Shown: positions 30,201 through 41,177 of the stretch, piece after piece
Layout of the letters: each line of letters starts with the position of its first letter
How positions within the stretch are numbered: the first letter of the stretch is position 1
Origin: Synechococcus sp.
Lineage (GTDB): Bacteria; Cyanobacteriota; Cyanobacteriia; Thermostichales; PCC-7336
Assembly: GCA_051439605.1 (NCBI GenBank)
Contig: JBFRWN010000126.1
Coordinates: 1-46,063 of the forward strand
DNA: 46,063 nt
Direction of reading: 5' to 3'
Notes under the pieces: generated by a model
What the model saw: only the letters and a program-made list of their open reading frames with translations
Databases searched by the model: none
What the model was told of the DNA's origin: nothing
Program-made: the position numbers and the translations under genes

Positions 30201-31847
30201 AAAGTACGTCATTCCACCCCAGGTGTGGGCCTGATTTCTCCCCCTCCTCACCATGACATTTACTCCATTGAAGATCTGGCTCAGCTAATCCACGACCTCA
30301 AGAACGCCAATCGCAAAGCCCGCATCAGCGTCAAGCTGGTGTCGGAAGTCGGAGTGGGCACCGTAGCTGCCGGTGTAGCGAAAGCCCACGCCGATGTGGT
30401 GCTGGTGTCCGGCTTCGACGGCGGGACGGGTGCTTCTCCGCAAACATCGATTAAGCACGCTGGTCTGCCCTGGGAATTGGGTCTAGCTGAAACCCATCAG
30501 ACGCTGGTGCTGAACAACCTTCGCAGCAGGATTGCGGTAGAAACAGATGGTCAGATGAAGACCGGTCGGGATGTGGCGATCGCCACTCTCTTAGGGGCGG
30601 AGGAATACGGCTTCTCCACTGCTCCGTTGGTGTCTTTGGGATGCATCATGATGCGCGTTTGCCACAAAAACACCTGCCCCGTTGGCGTTGCCACCCAAAA
30701 CCCCGACCTGCGCAAGAACTTTACTGGCGACCCTGAGCACACCGTCAACTTCTTTAAGTTCATCGCCCAAGAGCTGCGGGAGATCATGGCGCAGTTGGGC
30801 TTCAGGACCATCAACGAAATGGTGGGTCGCACAGATGTGCTAGAGCCCAAACAGGCGATCGACCATTGGAAGGCCAAAGGTGTGGACGTATCGGCAGTTC
30901 TGCACCAGCCCGAGGTGGGTCCCGAAGTGGGACGCTACTGCCAGATTCCTCAGGACCACGGTCTGGGAACCTCCCTCGATATCACGACTTTGCTGGATCT
31001 GTGCAAACCGGCGATCGAGGCCGGTGAGAAGGTGCGAGCGACGCTGCCGATTCGCAACACCAACCGCGTAGTGGGCACGATTCTCGGCAACGAAATCAGC
31101 AAGCGTCACTGGGAAGGATTGCCGGAGGATACGGTCCATCTACACTTCCAGGGCAGCGCCGGTCAAAGCTTCGGAGCCTTTGTACCCAAAGGCGTCACCT
31201 TGGAATTGGAAGGAGATGCCAACGACTATATGGGTAAGGGCCTCAGTGGTGGCAAGATTGTTCTCTATCCACCCAAAGAATCTACATTCGTTGCAGAAGA
31301 AAACATCATCACCGGTAACGTTGCCTTCTACGGTGCCACTGGCGGAGAAGCCTACATTCGCGGCTTGGCGGGCGAGCGCTTCTGTGTGCGCAACTCGGGC
31401 GTACGGGCTGTCGTGGAAGGCATTGGCGACCACGGCTGCGAATATATGACCGGCGGTCAAACAATCGTGATTGGCCCCACCGGGCGTAACTTTGCAGCGG
31501 GTATGAGTGGCGGCGTTGCTTACGTGTTGGATGAAGCCGGGGATTTCGCCACCCGCTGCAACACCGAGATGGTGAATATGGAGCGGTTGGAAGAACCGGA
31601 TGAAATTCGCGAAGTGCGCGACATGCTTGAAAATCACGTGCGCTTAACCGGCAGCGAGAAAGGCGATCGCGTCTTGCAACACTGGGACGAAATGCTGCCC
31701 AAGTTCGTCAAGGTGATGCCCCGCGACTACAAGCGCGTTCTGCAGCATATCCAGAAGGCACTGGCCGATGGCCTCAGCGGAGACGATGCCCTTTCCGCTG
31801 CCTTTGAGGAAAACGCCCGCGATATTGCTCGTATCGGTGGTAGCTAA
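27255..31847 (+). CDS. gltB: Glutamate synthase large subunit
   Basis: EHDACGVGF (amidotransferase Cys), [21 protein letters not shown] and [15 protein letters not shown] 3Fe-4S motif. Confidence 0.98.
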   Translation: MTYQTSPSKQGLYDPQFEHDACGVGFVVQMKGKPSHGIVEQALTILLNLDHRGAVGAEPNTGDGAGILMQLPHKFLQKVAATEGLALPEKGQYGVANIYSSPDPDVRQESRRRFEKVVADMGQSVIGWRDMPTDNSSLGETAKASEPFMEQAFIRRGDDVADELAFERKLYVIRKQAHMAIRHPGIDRYWYPASLSCRTIVYKGMLMPEQVGQYYPDLSDPDMESALGLVHSRFSTNTFPSWERSHPYRYIAHNGEINTMRGNINWMHARQSMFHSKLFGEDLDKAQPIINIEGSDSTIFDNTLELLTLSGRSLPHSIMMMIPEPWAGHESMSADRKAFYQYHSCLMEPWDGPASIAFTDGSVMGAVLDRNGLRPSRYYVTKDNRVIMASEAGVLPVAPDQVVKKGRLEPGRMFLVDMNQGRIIADEEIKSGIASQYPYQDWLDRNLLTLNDLPAVQDSGETQTDLPLTQRQRAFGYTFEELRLLLTPMAQNGVEAIGAMGTDTPLAVLSNRPKLLYDYFQQLFAQVTNPPIDSIREAIITSPVTTIGSERNLLEPDPESCRLIELKTPVISNEELAKLKHIQTPHFSSVTLPMLCDPKTGVDGLEAAIADICQQADDAIASGTNLIVLSDRDICKDRAPIPALLAVAGLHHHLIRNGNRTRVGLVLESGEPREVHHFAVLIGYGCGAINPYLAFETIAGMIDDGTLKGVDFETACKNYIKAVTKGVIKIGSKIGISTIQSYRGAQIFEAIGLDKTAIDKYFSWTASRLEGADLAVLAQEAILRHNRAFPDRDTHDRTLDVGGEYQWRKDGEAHLLSPETIHLLQQAVRQGDYELYKQYAAQINDRGKQYFRIRDLLQFKQREPIPLEEVEPIEAIMSRFKTGAMSYGSISKETHESLAIAMNRIGGKSNTGEGGEDPERYTWTNDRGDSKNSAIKQVASGRFGVTSLYLSQAKEIQIKMAQGAKPGEGGQLPGKKVYPWIAKVRHSTPGVGLISPPPHHDIYSIEDLAQLIHDLKNANRKARISVKLVSEVGVGTVAAGVAKAHADVVLVSGFDGGTGASPQTSIKHAGLPWELGLAETHQTLVLNNLRSRIAVETDGQMKTGRDVAIATLLGAEEYGFSTAPLVSLGCIMMRVCHKNTCPVGVATQNPDLRKNFTGDPEHTVNFFKFIAQELREIMAQLGFRTINEMVGRTDVLEPKQAIDHWKAKGVDVSAVLHQPEVGPEVGRYCQIPQDHGLGTSLDITTLLDLCKPAIEAGEKVRATLPIRNTNRVVGTILGNEISKRHWEGLPEDTVHLHFQGSAGQSFGAFVPKGVTLELEGDANDYMGKGLSGGKIVLYPPKESTFVAEENIITGNVAFYGATGGEAYIRGLAGERFCVRNSGVRAVVEGIGDHGCEYMTGGQTIVIGPTGRNFAAGMSGGVAYVLDEAGDFATRCNTEMVNMERLEEPDEIREVRDMLENHVRLTGSEKGDRVLQHWDEMLPKFVKVMPRDYKRVLQHIQKALADGLSGDDALSAAFEENARDIARIGGS

Positions 31848-31949
31848 GTCGCGACTTTAGACCGGATTGTTGGGGCATTCCTGCTTCACCCCAACCATCC
31901 CCACCCGCCAACCATTAACTCGATCGCCCTCAACACCAAAGACAAAATC

Positions 31950-33434
31950 ATGGGAAAACCAACCGGCTTTATTGAATTCCTGCGCGAAGTTGCTGACGAA
32001 GTCGCCCCCGCCGATCGCATCCGCAACTGGGATGAGTTCCACCTCCCGATGCCCGACGAGAGTCTGCAGACTCAGGGCGCCCGCTGCATGGATTGTGGCA
32101 CCCCCTTCTGTCACACTGGCATGGAGATGAACCGGGCCGCCAGTGGATGCCCCATCAATAATCTAATTCCAGAGTGGAATGACTTGATTTATCGCGGTCG
32201 CTGGCAAGACGCCCTCGAACGTCTCCACAAAACCAATAATTTCCCGGAATTCACCGGTCGGGTGTGTCCTGCCCCTTGCGAGGGAGCTTGCGTGCTGGGG
32301 ATTGTCAATCCTCCCGTCACCATCAAAAACATTGAGTATTCCATTGCAGAGAAGGGTTGGGAAGAGGGCTGGATTACTCCGACTCCACCTGCGAAGCGAA
32401 CAGGCAAGAAGGTGGCGATCGTGGGGTCTGGTCCAGCCGGCTTGTCGGCGGCAGCTCAACTCAACTCGGCAGGCCATTGGGTAACGGTGTACGAGCGGGC
32501 CGATCGCCCCGGTGGGTTGTTGATGTACGGCATCCCTAACATGAAGTTGGATAAGAAAAAGGTGGTGCAGCGTCGCCTTGATGTCCTAGAAGCAGAGGGG
32601 GTGACCTTCGTTTGCAATACAGAAATCGGCAAGGATCTGCCGGTGGAGAACTTAGTCAGCGACTTCGATGCGGTGATTCTCTGCACCGGCTCCACTCGCC
32701 CGCGAGATTTGCCAATCGAGGGGCGCGAGTTAAAGGGGATTCACTTTGCGATGGATTTCCTGACCGCCAATACCCAAGCAGTTTTGGATGGTACCCCCGG
32801 CGACGACTTCATTTCAGCAGCCGGTAAGAATGTCGCGATCGTCGGGGGTGGGGATACCGGGACAGACTGTGTGGGAACCTCCGTGCGCCACGGCTGTACC
32901 AGCATCACTCAACTGGAAATTATGCCCAAGCCGCCAGAAACTCGTGCCCCCAGTAATCCCTGGCCGGAGTGGCCCAAGATCTATCGCATGGACTACGGCC
33001 AGGCAGAAGCCGAGGCAATGTTTGGACAGGAGCCGCGGGCGTACACCAGAACGGCCACAAAATTCGAAGGGGATGGGACCGGTAAGGTTAAAGCTGTCCA
33101 CACAGTTCAAGTGGAGTGGACCAAGGATGAGACCGGTCGGTTTATTCCCCAGCACATTCCCGGAACGGAGCAGGTGCTGCCTGCAGAGTTGGTGTTGCTG
33201 GCAATGGGTTTCCTCGGGCCGGAGCAACCGATTATTGATGCTCTGGGTCTGGAGCAGGATGGCCGCAGCAATATTAAGGCGGAGCACGAGCAGTACACCA
33301 CTAGCATCCCCGGTGTGTTTGCGGCGGGAGATTGTCGTCGCGGGCAGAGTTTGGTGGTGTGGGCGTTTAATGAGGGACGCGGGGTGGCACGAGAGTGCGA
33401 TCGCTACCTCATGGGTGTGACAGAGCTTCCCTAA
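31950..33434 (+). CDS. gltD: Glutamate synthase small subunit (NADH-GOGAT)
   Basis: [41 protein letters not shown] and [13 protein letters not shown] motifs. Confidence 0.97.
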   Translation: MGKPTGFIEFLREVADEVAPADRIRNWDEFHLPMPDESLQTQGARCMDCGTPFCHTGMEMNRAASGCPINNLIPEWNDLIYRGRWQDALERLHKTNNFPEFTGRVCPAPCEGACVLGIVNPPVTIKNIEYSIAEKGWEEGWITPTPPAKRTGKKVAIVGSGPAGLSAAAQLNSAGHWVTVYERADRPGGLLMYGIPNMKLDKKKVVQRRLDVLEAEGVTFVCNTEIGKDLPVENLVSDFDAVILCTGSTRPRDLPIEGRELKGIHFAMDFLTANTQAVLDGTPGDDFISAAGKNVAIVGGGDTGTDCVGTSVRHGCTSITQLEIMPKPPETRAPSNPWPEWPKIYRMDYGQAEAEAMFGQEPRAYTRTATKFEGDGTGKVKAVHTVQVEWTKDETGRFIPQHIPGTEQVLPAELVLLAMGFLGPEQPIIDALGLEQDGRSNIKAEHEQYTTSIPGVFAAGDCRRGQSLVVWAFNEGRGVARECDRYLMGVTELP

Positions 33435-33451
33435 ATCTCCAATATTGATAG

Positions 33452-33679
33452 ACCCGGTTCTCGGCACGGCTCTACTTAGGCGCGACGGCTCTGCTGTGGA
33501 GCTTTCCTCCTTATGGCACCCGCACCCTCACTCGCGCTAGATCTGCTGAGGGTCAATTGCCTTTTGCTGACTTGAATGGCTTCTGCTATCACTATAATGG
33601 CTTGCGCCACTTGCTGATTTCAGCCTCTATGAATGAACGGTGGCACCCTGAGTTTGGGTGACCACAAAATCCGTTAGAA
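33452..33679 (+). mobile_element. Truncated IS remnant (transposase C-terminus plus terminal sequence)
   Basis: Start-less open frame TRFSARLYLGATALLWSFPPYG...PFADLNGFCYHYNGLRHLLISASMNERWHPEFG* (TGA 33659-33661), then the same terminal sequence as 104-121. Confidence 0.7.
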
Positions 33680-33689
33680 AGAAACACTG

Positions 33690-34136
33690 CTATTTGAACT
33701 TGCTTAAAAACCGATCGAGTTGATTAGCGAAAGCTTGCCTGTCTCTGTGGTTGAGTGCTGGCGGCCCACCTGTATTCAGCCCAGTGCTTCGAAGTTCATC
33801 CATAAAATTGCGCAGAGCCAAACGTTCGCGAATATTGTTTTTGGTATAGAGCTCTCCCCGCGGATTGAGGGCGTGACCGCCTTTTTCAATGACATTGGCT
33901 GCGAGAGGAATATCGGCAGTAATGACTAAATCTCCAGGATGCAGCTCTTGAACGATCCGATTGTCCGCAGCATCCAAGCCTGACGGAACCTGAATTGTGG
34001 TGACGTACGGGGAAGCAGAAGGCTGCAAAGGCTGGTTTGCAACCAGCGTGATGGGAATTTTTTTGCGTTTGCTGGCCCGGAATAGGATGTCTTTAATCGC
34101 ATTGGGACAGGCATCCGCATCAACCCAAATTTTCAC
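33690..34136 (-). CDS. yaiI: YaiI/YqxD (UPF0178) family protein
   Basis: [21 protein letters not shown] and ALNPRGELY motifs. Confidence 0.93.
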   Translation of the reverse strand: MKIWVDADACPNAIKDILFRASKRKKIPITLVANQPLQPSASPYVTTIQVPSGLDAADNRIVQELHPGDLVITADIPLAANVIEKGGHALNPRGELYTKNNIRERLALRNFMDELRSTGLNTGGPPALNHRDRQAFANQLDRFLSKFK

Positions 34137-34174
34137 GAGCTCTACCCCTCTTGAAATTGCTAGGAGAATTCCTG

Positions 34175-34975
34175 TTAGGACGCATCTTCAAGACAATTTA
34201 AGCAAAGCTGGTGCTGAGCATTGAACAGGGTGCGATAGGCCAAAAGCGTTACCCCCAGTGCTCCCAGTGTTGTCGCCGAGGCGATCGCAAACACAATCGC
34301 AATTTGATACCGTACCGCATCAATCGGTGAAGCCCCGGCCAAAATTTGACCGGTCATCATTCCTGGCAAACTGACCACCCCCATCACCATCATGCTGTTC
34401 ATTAAAGGAATCGTCGCCGTCCGTAAACTCTCTTTGACTAAATCGTGGGCTGCCTCCCACCGAGTGGCCCCCATGGCTAATTTGGCTTCAACCAAATCCC
34501 GCTGACTGATGGCCCCTTCCATAAAGCGATCGAGGGCAAGGGAAATGCTATTGAGAGCGTTGCCGAGCACCATGCCCAGTAATGGAATCATGTATTGGGG
34601 ATCGAACCAAGGCTCCACCCGAATCACCCCCACCAACATAAATCCTGTGACAATTGCCGCTGCCCCCATAACAGAAACGAGACTATCCCAATAAATGCGT
34701 GGAAACCGACGGCGGGTACGGTTCACGGCAGAAATCCCAGCCAGAGTCGCCATCACAAACCCCACTGCGACCACTGGATAGGGACTGTCCAGCTCGAAAA
34801 TCGCCTCTAAGGCGAATCCCAATAGCAGCAGTTGTGCTGTCATTCGTACAGCGGCAACGAGCAGGTTTTTCGTTAGCCCCAGTCGCAAGCCAATGGACAG
34901 GCCCACATTAGCGACGATTGCCAAAGACGCCACCGCCAACTGCCCGAAACCGATTTGCAAATAAGTGTCAGCCAT
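34175..34975 (-). CDS. ABC transporter permease, UPF0014 (FetB/YbbM-like)
   Basis: [23 protein letters not shown] and [13 protein letters not shown]...AVRYQI. ATG 34975 overlaps the ATPase stop. Confidence 0.9.
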   Translation of the reverse strand: MADTYLQIGFGQLAVASLAIVANVGLSIGLRLGLTKNLLVAAVRMTAQLLLLGFALEAIFELDSPYPVVAVGFVMATLAGISAVNRTRRRFPRIYWDSLVSVMGAAAIVTGFMLVGVIRVEPWFDPQYMIPLLGMVLGNALNSISLALDRFMEGAISQRDLVEAKLAMGATRWEAAHDLVKESLRTATIPLMNSMMVMGVVSLPGMMTGQILAGASPIDAVRYQIAIVFAIASATTLGALGVTLLAYRTLFNAQHQLCLNCLEDAS

Positions 34976-35627
34976 AAGTTTCCGACAAGCGTATTTGGCG
35001 ATGGGTGACCCGCTCAAGTTGTACTGGGTTGTGGCTAGTCCAGACACAACATCGCTGCTCATCCCTCTTGAGCCAACGATCGATCGCCGCTTCGATTGCT
35101 GTCGCTGCAGCTGCATCTAAAGAAGCGGTCGGCTCATCCAGCAGCAGTAGGGTAGGGTTGAGCAGCAGCGCCCGCAAAAATGCCACAATTTGTCTCTCTC
35201 CCCCAGATAGATATGTGGTTTGCTGGATCAAAAAGTCAGGTTTGCGGCCAAAGGTTGCCAACAGGTCGAGCAGGGTCGAACGATCGAACATCTTTTGCTG
35301 ATGAAGCCGCAAACGAAATGGAGCCCGGATGGCATCTTCAACCGTTCCCTCAGCCATTGCAGGCCGCTGGGGCAGATACATCACTTGGGAGCGGTAAGCA
35401 GGGATGTTCCAATCTGAGAGCGGGCGATCGCGAAATTGGAGCTGCCCCTGCTGTAAAGGCTCTAAAGCACACAGGGTACGTAGCAGAACGGTTTTGCCAG
35501 AACCGGATGGTCCTACCAAAGCGACGCGCTCGCTAGGGAAGATGGAGAATGAAAGGTTGCGCCACAACCACCGATCGGGCTGAATGCGATGGGAAATTTG
35601 ACTGGCTTCCAATAACGCAGTTGGCAT
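34968..35627 (-). CDS. ABC transporter ATP-binding protein (FetA/YbbL-like)
   Basis: Walker A GPSGSGKT, signature LSGGERQ and Walker B LLLLDEPTASLD. Likely ATG at 35627. Confidence 0.9.
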   Translation of the reverse strand: MPTALLEASQISHRIQPDRWLWRNLSFSIFPSERVALVGPSGSGKTVLLRTLCALEPLQQGQLQFRDRPLSDWNIPAYRSQVMYLPQRPAMAEGTVEDAIRAPFRLRLHQQKMFDRSTLLDLLATFGRKPDFLIQQTTYLSGGERQIVAFLRALLLNPTLLLLDEPTASLDAAAATAIEAAIDRWLKRDEQRCCVWTSHNPVQLERVTHRQIRLSETYG

Positions 35628-35838
35628 CCGGTGTGCAGGAATAACAGAGGAGACTAGCAGCAAGTCCCATTGCAGATTGTGCTTAAGCACAAGTCACTTT
35701 CATTCAAATGGCCCTTGAGCAGATGGGCAACTGACTGGATAAAGCTGTCTGAAGGATACTTTATAGATCCCTAGCTTTACCGAAACATCTAGCCGTTTTG
35801 AGCAATCCACAAGCAAATCCCCTTAGAAGTCGAACGGC

Positions 35839-36798
35839 ATGTCCTTAAGTCCAACTAGCTCAGCACCAACAGCCGACTCAGAAGGTCCTGTTAGAAAACC
35901 ACCCATGAAGCCTGTCTATCCCCCCAGTTTCATCTCCAAGCTGGCCCAAACATCCCTGGGCAATATGCGTTTCTACCAGAACGCAAACCAGCCCTCAACG
36001 GAGTCAACCAATCCCACAAAACTGGTATTTTTTCACGGGTTTGGAGGAGGGGCATCCGCTTACGAATGGTCAAAGATCTATCCAGTGTTTGCCACCACCC
36101 ATACCGTTATTGCCCCCGACCTACTGGGGTGGGGCCAATCGGAGCATCCCCAACGTACCTATTCCCCACAAGACTATGTCTTAACTCTGAAAGAATTTAT
36201 TTTGGCAGTAACGCATCCTCCCGTTACTGCGATCGCCTCCTCCCTCACCGCTGCCTTTGTGGTGCGGATTGCAGTTCAGCACCCGGAGCTATTTCAGTCA
36301 CTTTTCCTAGTTTGTCCCTCCGGTTTCCATGATTTTGGCAGCCCTGCCGGTCGGCGCATTCCACTGCCACTCATCAACACCCCCCTGCTCGATCGCCTCA
36401 TCTACTCTGTTGGGGCCACCAACGAGATTGCGGTACGCGGATTTTTAGAGCGGTTTGTGTTTGCCACCCGCGATCGCCTTTCCCCCGAGACGGTGGCGGC
36501 TTATCTAGCCTCTGCCCAACAGCCCAATGCTGAATATGCGGCCCTGTCGTTCCTGCGTGGGGAATTGTACTTCGATCTGGCAACGTATTTGCCGAAGTTA
36601 CAGGTACCAACGGCGATCGCCTGGGGAGAGGCAGCTCAGTTTATTTCTCCCCAGCTGGGTCAAAGGCTGGCAGCCCTTAATCCCAAAAGCATTCACCAGT
36701 TCCACCTCATTCCCGATGCGGGTATTTTTCCCCATTTGGAACGGCCTGCAATAACGACAGGTCTTCTCTTACGTTGGCTACAGTCATCTGGGCAATAG
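35839..36798 (+). CDS. Alpha/beta fold hydrolase
   Basis: FFHGFGGG, APDLLGWGQS and C-terminal PHLERP; atypical nucleophile elbow (IASSLT). Confidence 0.88.
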   Translation: MSLSPTSSAPTADSEGPVRKPPMKPVYPPSFISKLAQTSLGNMRFYQNANQPSTESTNPTKLVFFHGFGGGASAYEWSKIYPVFATTHTVIAPDLLGWGQSEHPQRTYSPQDYVLTLKEFILAVTHPPVTAIASSLTAAFVVRIAVQHPELFQSLFLVCPSGFHDFGSPAGRRIPLPLINTPLLDRLIYSVGATNEIAVRGFLERFVFATRDRLSPETVAAYLASAQQPNAEYAALSFLRGELYFDLATYLPKLQVPTAIAWGEAAQFISPQLGQRLAALNPKSIHQFHLIPDAGIFPHLERPAITTGLLLRWLQSSGQ

Positions 36799-36903
36799 AC
36801 AGTTGAAGAAAAACCGTGAATTGCCCTAAACCCAACTGCTACGACCCAAATGACCGCAGACCTGCGGGTTAAAATGAGCCAAAGTTTGTGATGTACCTTG
36901 CCC

Positions 36904-37677
36904 ATGACCATTGCTGCAGAGCAAAAAGGCAACCCCACAGAGCCGGAGCAGTCCCCCGAGCCCAATCAGGAGCTTCCCGATGAAGTGGAAATGACCTTGT
37001 TCGAGCACCTTGAGGAATTAAGGTCTCGCCTATTTGCCAGTGTTATCGCAGTTGTGGTGTGCATCATTGCCTGTTTTGCGGTGGTGAAGAAGATTGTGGA
37101 GGTATTAGAAATGCCTGCGCAAGGAGTGACCTTTCTGCAACTTGCCCCCGGAGAGTATTTTTTCGTTTCGATGAAGGTGGCGGCCTACTCCGGGCTGTTG
37201 CTGGCAACTCCGTTTTTGCTCTACCAAATTGCTAGGTTTGTTTTGCCCGGACTGACAGTGGGTGAACGACGCATTCTAGGACCCATTGTGCTGGGTTCTG
37301 GGGTCCTGTTCCTGGGTGGGTTGGTATTTGCCCATCAGCTTTTGATTCCCGCCGCCCTCAATTTCTTTATTCACTACGGCGAAGGCATTGTCGATCAGGC
37401 TTGGTCCATCGATCGCTATTTTGAATTCGTTCTTCTTCTACTTTTTAGTACGGGTTTAGCCTTTCAAGTGCCGATTCTGCAGGGCATCCTCGGGGCCGCC
37501 GGTTTGGTGAACTCCCAGCAGATGTTGAAAGCATGGAGATTTGTCATTTTGGGTTCTGTGGTTGCAGGAGCCATTTTGACCCCTTCGACTGACCCGCTCA
37601 CCCAGAGCCTGCTGGCAGGGGCAGTTACATTTTTATATTTTGCCGGGATTGTCTTGGTGAAAGTGATGGGCAAGTAA
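36904..37677 (+). CDS. tatC: Twin-arginine translocase subunit TatC
   Basis: EMTLFEHLEELRSRL, FVLPGL, GLAFQVP and ILTPSTDP motifs. Confidence 0.96.
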   Translation: MTIAAEQKGNPTEPEQSPEPNQELPDEVEMTLFEHLEELRSRLFASVIAVVVCIIACFAVVKKIVEVLEMPAQGVTFLQLAPGEYFFVSMKVAAYSGLLLATPFLLYQIARFVLPGLTVGERRILGPIVLGSGVLFLGGLVFAHQLLIPAALNFFIHYGEGIVDQAWSIDRYFEFVLLLLFSTGLAFQVPILQGILGAAGLVNSQQMLKAWRFVILGSVVAGAILTPSTDPLTQSLLAGAVTFLYFAGIVLVKVMGK

Positions 37678-37897
37678 TTCGTGCTGATTTTCTCTACTCA
37701 GTCTCATTGGTACTCCACAAATCGTTGTCTTTCGTTTTATTTTTTTGATCGCCACATTTAGAGGATGACTTCCCTAAATATGCTGGTGAAACCAAATATG
37801 TAGTAGACGTTAAATTCATCCTGCCCATTGTCCGCAAATACCACAATTGCACCCCCAATTCCGAGTTGTACAGTTGGCGGCAAACAGGAATAACAGT

Positions 37898-38560
37898 ATG
37901 AATAACGCACTCAATTTTGGATTGACTGGAGCGGCGCTGTTGGCGATCGCTGCCCTGTCACCCACCGCAAATGCATACAGCGAAGAGGATTTGGCCAGAT
38001 TGAAGGCCACAGGTTCCTGCGAGCGCTGCGATTTGATTGAAGCAGATCTAAGCGGGCTGGATTTATCTGGAGCAAGGCTGCGCGGCGCCCAGCTTACTGG
38101 GGCCAACCTATCCGGTACGACTTTAATTGGTGCCAGTATCGTGCATGGGGATTTAGCAACAGCAGATTTGAGTGGGGCTAATTTAAGGCAGGCAAATCTA
38201 AGTCACGTCAATTTTGCAAATGCCACCCTAGAGGGGGCTAGCCTGCTCAAAGCGAAACTGGATGGGGCTTACCTGTACAGAACCAATTTCAGTAATGCCA
38301 GCCTGATTGATGCTGATTTATCTGGGAACTTATTCCGTCTGAACTTGACCTTTGCCAACTTCAGTGGAGCCAACTTATTTCGAGCCGATCTGACTGGGGT
38401 GAAGGCTGTCGATACAAACTTCACTGGCGCTAACCTGCAGAGGGTCATTTTTCAGGGGGCGAATTTATTTAGCGCTGATTACGACGATGACACTCAGTTT
38501 TCTCCAGACTTCGACCCGGAAGCTCGCTTGATGCAGAAGGTGGGCTATTTGGAGAACTAG
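37898..38560 (+). CDS. Secreted or lumenal pentapeptide repeat protein
   Basis: Signal peptide (...PTANA), LKATGSCERCDL, then A(D/N)LxG repeats. ATG 37898 with AGGA upstream. Confidence 0.92.
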   Translation: MNNALNFGLTGAALLAIAALSPTANAYSEEDLARLKATGSCERCDLIEADLSGLDLSGARLRGAQLTGANLSGTTLIGASIVHGDLATADLSGANLRQANLSHVNFANATLEGASLLKAKLDGAYLYRTNFSNASLIDADLSGNLFRLNLTFANFSGANLFRADLTGVKAVDTNFTGANLQRVIFQGANLFSADYDDDTQFSPDFDPEARLMQKVGYLEN

Positions 38561-38577
38561 CGTGAAGGGCTAGCCGC

Positions 38578-38609
38578 AAAAAAAGGGTGGCTGTACAGAC
38601 ACCCTTTTT
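38578..38609. terminator. Bidirectional intrinsic terminator
   Basis: AAAAAGGGTG...CACCCTTTTT between two convergent genes. Confidence 0.85.
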
Positions 38610-38649
38610 CATTATTTAAGTCATCGAAAGCTTCCACTAGCCGGTCAAA

Positions 38650-39249
38650 CTAGCCAACCGCGGCAAAATACTCTTTGGACTCGGTGGGGGTGGGCTTCAT
38701 GGTCGCTTCGCCGGGCTTCCAGTTAGCAGGGCAAACCTCATCGGGATGGCTCTGAATGTACTGGATCGCCTGCAGAACGCGCTTAGTTTCGTCAACGCTA
38801 CGGCCGAAGCCCAGGTTGTTGACGGTGGCGTACTGAACAACACCTTCGGGGTCGATGATGAACAGACCGCGCAGGGCAACGCCCTCGTCCGTTAAAACGT
38901 TGTAGGCGGTGCAGATTTCCTTCTTTAGGTCGGAGACCAAGGGGTAGGCCACATCGCCTACACCACCCTCGTTGCGGGCGGTCTGGGTCCAAGCCAAGTG
39001 GGAGAACTGGCTATCGACAGAGACACCCAAGATCTGAGTGTTCAGCGAGGTGAACTCGCTGGCGCGATCGCTGAATGCGGTAATTTCAGTCGGGCAAACA
39101 AAGGTGAAGTCGAGGGGATAGAAGAACAGGACAACATACCTGCCGTGATAGTTCGACAGCTTGACGGTTTCGAAATCTTGATCGATAACAGCGGTAGCTT
39201 CAAAATCAGGTGCGGGTGCCCCAACCTTTACAGTGATGACCTCACTCAT
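38650..39249 (-). CDS. Typical 2-Cys peroxiredoxin (AhpC/Prx1)
   Basis: [13 protein letters not shown] and EVCPANW, with GGVG and YF motifs. ATG at 39249. Confidence 0.95.
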   Translation of the reverse strand: MSEVITVKVGAPAPDFEATAVIDQDFETVKLSNYHGRYVVLFFYPLDFTFVCPTEITAFSDRASEFTSLNTQILGVSVDSQFSHLAWTQTARNEGGVGDVAYPLVSDLKKEICTAYNVLTDEGVALRGLFIIDPEGVVQYATVNNLGFGRSVDETKRVLQAIQYIQSHPDEVCPANWKPGEATMKPTPTESKEYFAAVG

Positions 39250-39462
39250 GGAGTGTGTTCCTCGAGAAAATCCAACAGTTGTCAGGATATCAGAGTCATT
39301 TCGACTTTGAGTATGCTGACGAAAAATTTTGGTTCGCCTTCCGTCGATCGGGGTTGGGTTTATGGCGATCTCGAGTGATATTAGCTTCTCAAAATTTTGC
39401 AGAATGTCGCGATGGTGGGCAGGCAGTGTAAAGATGGGAGAAACCAATTTCGACTTGATGCG

Positions 39463-41175
39463 ATGACCCAACAGAAGTTTCCACTCAAGCCAATATTGCT
39501 AACTGCGGGTGGATTCTTTGTGCTGGAGCAGGCCATCTCAAGTTTGACCGCCATGCACTCGGCGATCGCCCCTTATTCCCCCTTTTTGGCAAATTCACTG
39601 ACTTCAGTTTTGGGGGTGGCAACAACGGGGCTGTTGGGGTTGGGAGGATACTGGACTTGGACGCTGACCCGTGGGGGAGCGCTTGAGAGGACCCAGAAAT
39701 CTGGCACAAGGAAGCGGGGGACGGAACTGGCTAAATCGTCTCGAAGGCAGTCCTCAAGGTTAGTCAAAGCCACCCCCAAGACGGTGAAACAAGAACTAGG
39801 GCAGCTGGATAAGCTGCTAGAGGAGTTGCAGAACACCATCGAGCGGCGATCGCTGAAGCAGCAGGCCCGCAGAATTAGCGAGGATTTGGCGAGTAATCAA
39901 CTGCGATTAGTGGTGTTTGGCACCAGTTCGGCAGGCAAAACCTCGCTGGTGAATGCTTTATTGGGGCATCGCGTGGGGGATACAGCCCCGACTTTGGGAA
40001 CAACCCAAACCGGAGCGATCCATACTTACTCTATTCCGGGGATGGGAGGACGAATCGAGATTGCAGATACACCCGGTCTGCAGGCGGTGGGATTGACGGG
40101 GGAGTCAGAGGCGACGTTACTAGCCAAAAATGCCGATCTTCTCCTGTTTGTTGTTTCCGGGGACATGACGGCGACGGAATACGAGCAGTTGTGCGCCCTA
40201 TCTGCGATTGGTAAACGAACGATGGTGGTGCTAAACAAAACGGACCAGTACGTGCCAGAAGATATTGAAGAGATTGTCGAAAGTCTGGAGGGTAAAGCCA
40301 TACCGCTCATGAAGGGGCGATCGGTGGTTAAAGTATCGGCCGATCCGATGCCGGTGAAGGTACGGCGGCACGAGGTGGATGGCACTGTGGTGGAAGCCTA
40401 CGCTGAGCGGGTCCCCGAGACTGCGGAGCTAACGGACCAGCTGAAGGGGATTTTGAAGCGAGAAGGACAGCAGCTGCGACTGGATAATGCCATGCAGCAG
40501 GCCATGACACTGGCGGAGGGGGCAGAAGAGGCGATCTCCACCACCCGCCGCAAACAGGGGGAGCAGCTGATTCAAAAAATGCAATGGGCCACTGCCGGCG
40601 CGATCGCCCTCAATCCTCTGCCGGCAGTAGACCTAGTGGCGGCGGCGGCGATAAACGCCAGTACGATCGGTCAATTAAATGGGCTCTATGAACGCAAAAT
40701 CACCCTGAAGCGAGCAGAAAAGATTGCTAAATCCATGGGCAAGCTGCTGGTGCAGATCGGTGGAGTGGAAGTGGCTACACAGGTGATGGGTAGCGCCTTA
40801 AAAGCATCACCGCTGGGGGCAATGGGGGTACCGCTGCAGGCGATTAGCTCGGCCTATCTCACCCGCATCACGGGGCTCACTTACTTGGATTGGTTGGAAA
40901 GCGACGATCCGTGGGACGAAGAGACCATGTTGACTCGCTTACAAGCGCAGCTCAAGCTGGGGGGACGAGGGGAATTCGTGCAGCAGTTTATCGGTCAAGC
41001 CTTGAAAGCGGTTCAGCAATCGTTGTTTTCGTTTGAACCCATGTTGTCGGGGAATGAAGCATTAGAAGACAACTTAGAAGATTGGCCATTAGAAGAAAAA
41101 AAGAATGCGCCTAAATCTGCTCCACAGGTTTCTTCCTCTAAGCAAACAGTGAATGTTTCGGCACTGAAGGCTTAG
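39463..41175 (+). CDS. Membrane-anchored GTPase with C-terminal DUF697 (YcjF-like) domain
   Basis: N-terminal TM; G1 [10 protein letters not shown]3 DTPG, G4 [15 protein letters not shown]697 motif. Confidence 0.88.
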   Translation: MTQQKFPLKPILLTAGGFFVLEQAISSLTAMHSAIAPYSPFLANSLTSVLGVATTGLLGLGGYWTWTLTRGGALERTQKSGTRKRGTELAKSSRRQSSRLVKATPKTVKQELGQLDKLLEELQNTIERRSLKQQARRISEDLASNQLRLVVFGTSSAGKTSLVNALLGHRVGDTAPTLGTTQTGAIHTYSIPGMGGRIEIADTPGLQAVGLTGESEATLLAKNADLLLFVVSGDMTATEYEQLCALSAIGKRTMVVLNKTDQYVPEDIEEIVESLEGKAIPLMKGRSVVKVSADPMPVKVRRHEVDGTVVEAYAERVPETAELTDQLKGILKREGQQLRLDNAMQQAMTLAEGAEEAISTTRRKQGEQLIQKMQWATAGAIALNPLPAVDLVAAAAINASTIGQLNGLYERKITLKRAEKIAKSMGKLLVQIGGVEVATQVMGSALKASPLGAMGVPLQAISSAYLTRITGLTYLDWLESDDPWDEETMLTRLQAQLKLGGRGEFVQQFIGQALKAVQQSLFSFEPMLSGNEALEDNLEDWPLEEKKNAPKSAPQVSSSKQTVNVSALKA

Positions 41176-41177
41176 GT

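Noticed and set aside
27290..33467. Many long antisense or alternate-frame ORFs within gltB/gltD, and similarly within the ATPase, ppsA, ictB and trpE
   Set aside because: They are shadow ORFs of GC-rich coding sequence with no recognisable motifs.
39250..39471. Apparent overlap of the peroxiredoxin and GTPase N-termini in the ORF track
   Set aside because: This is an artefact of longest-ORF start calling; the probable starts are 39249 (-) and 39463 (+).
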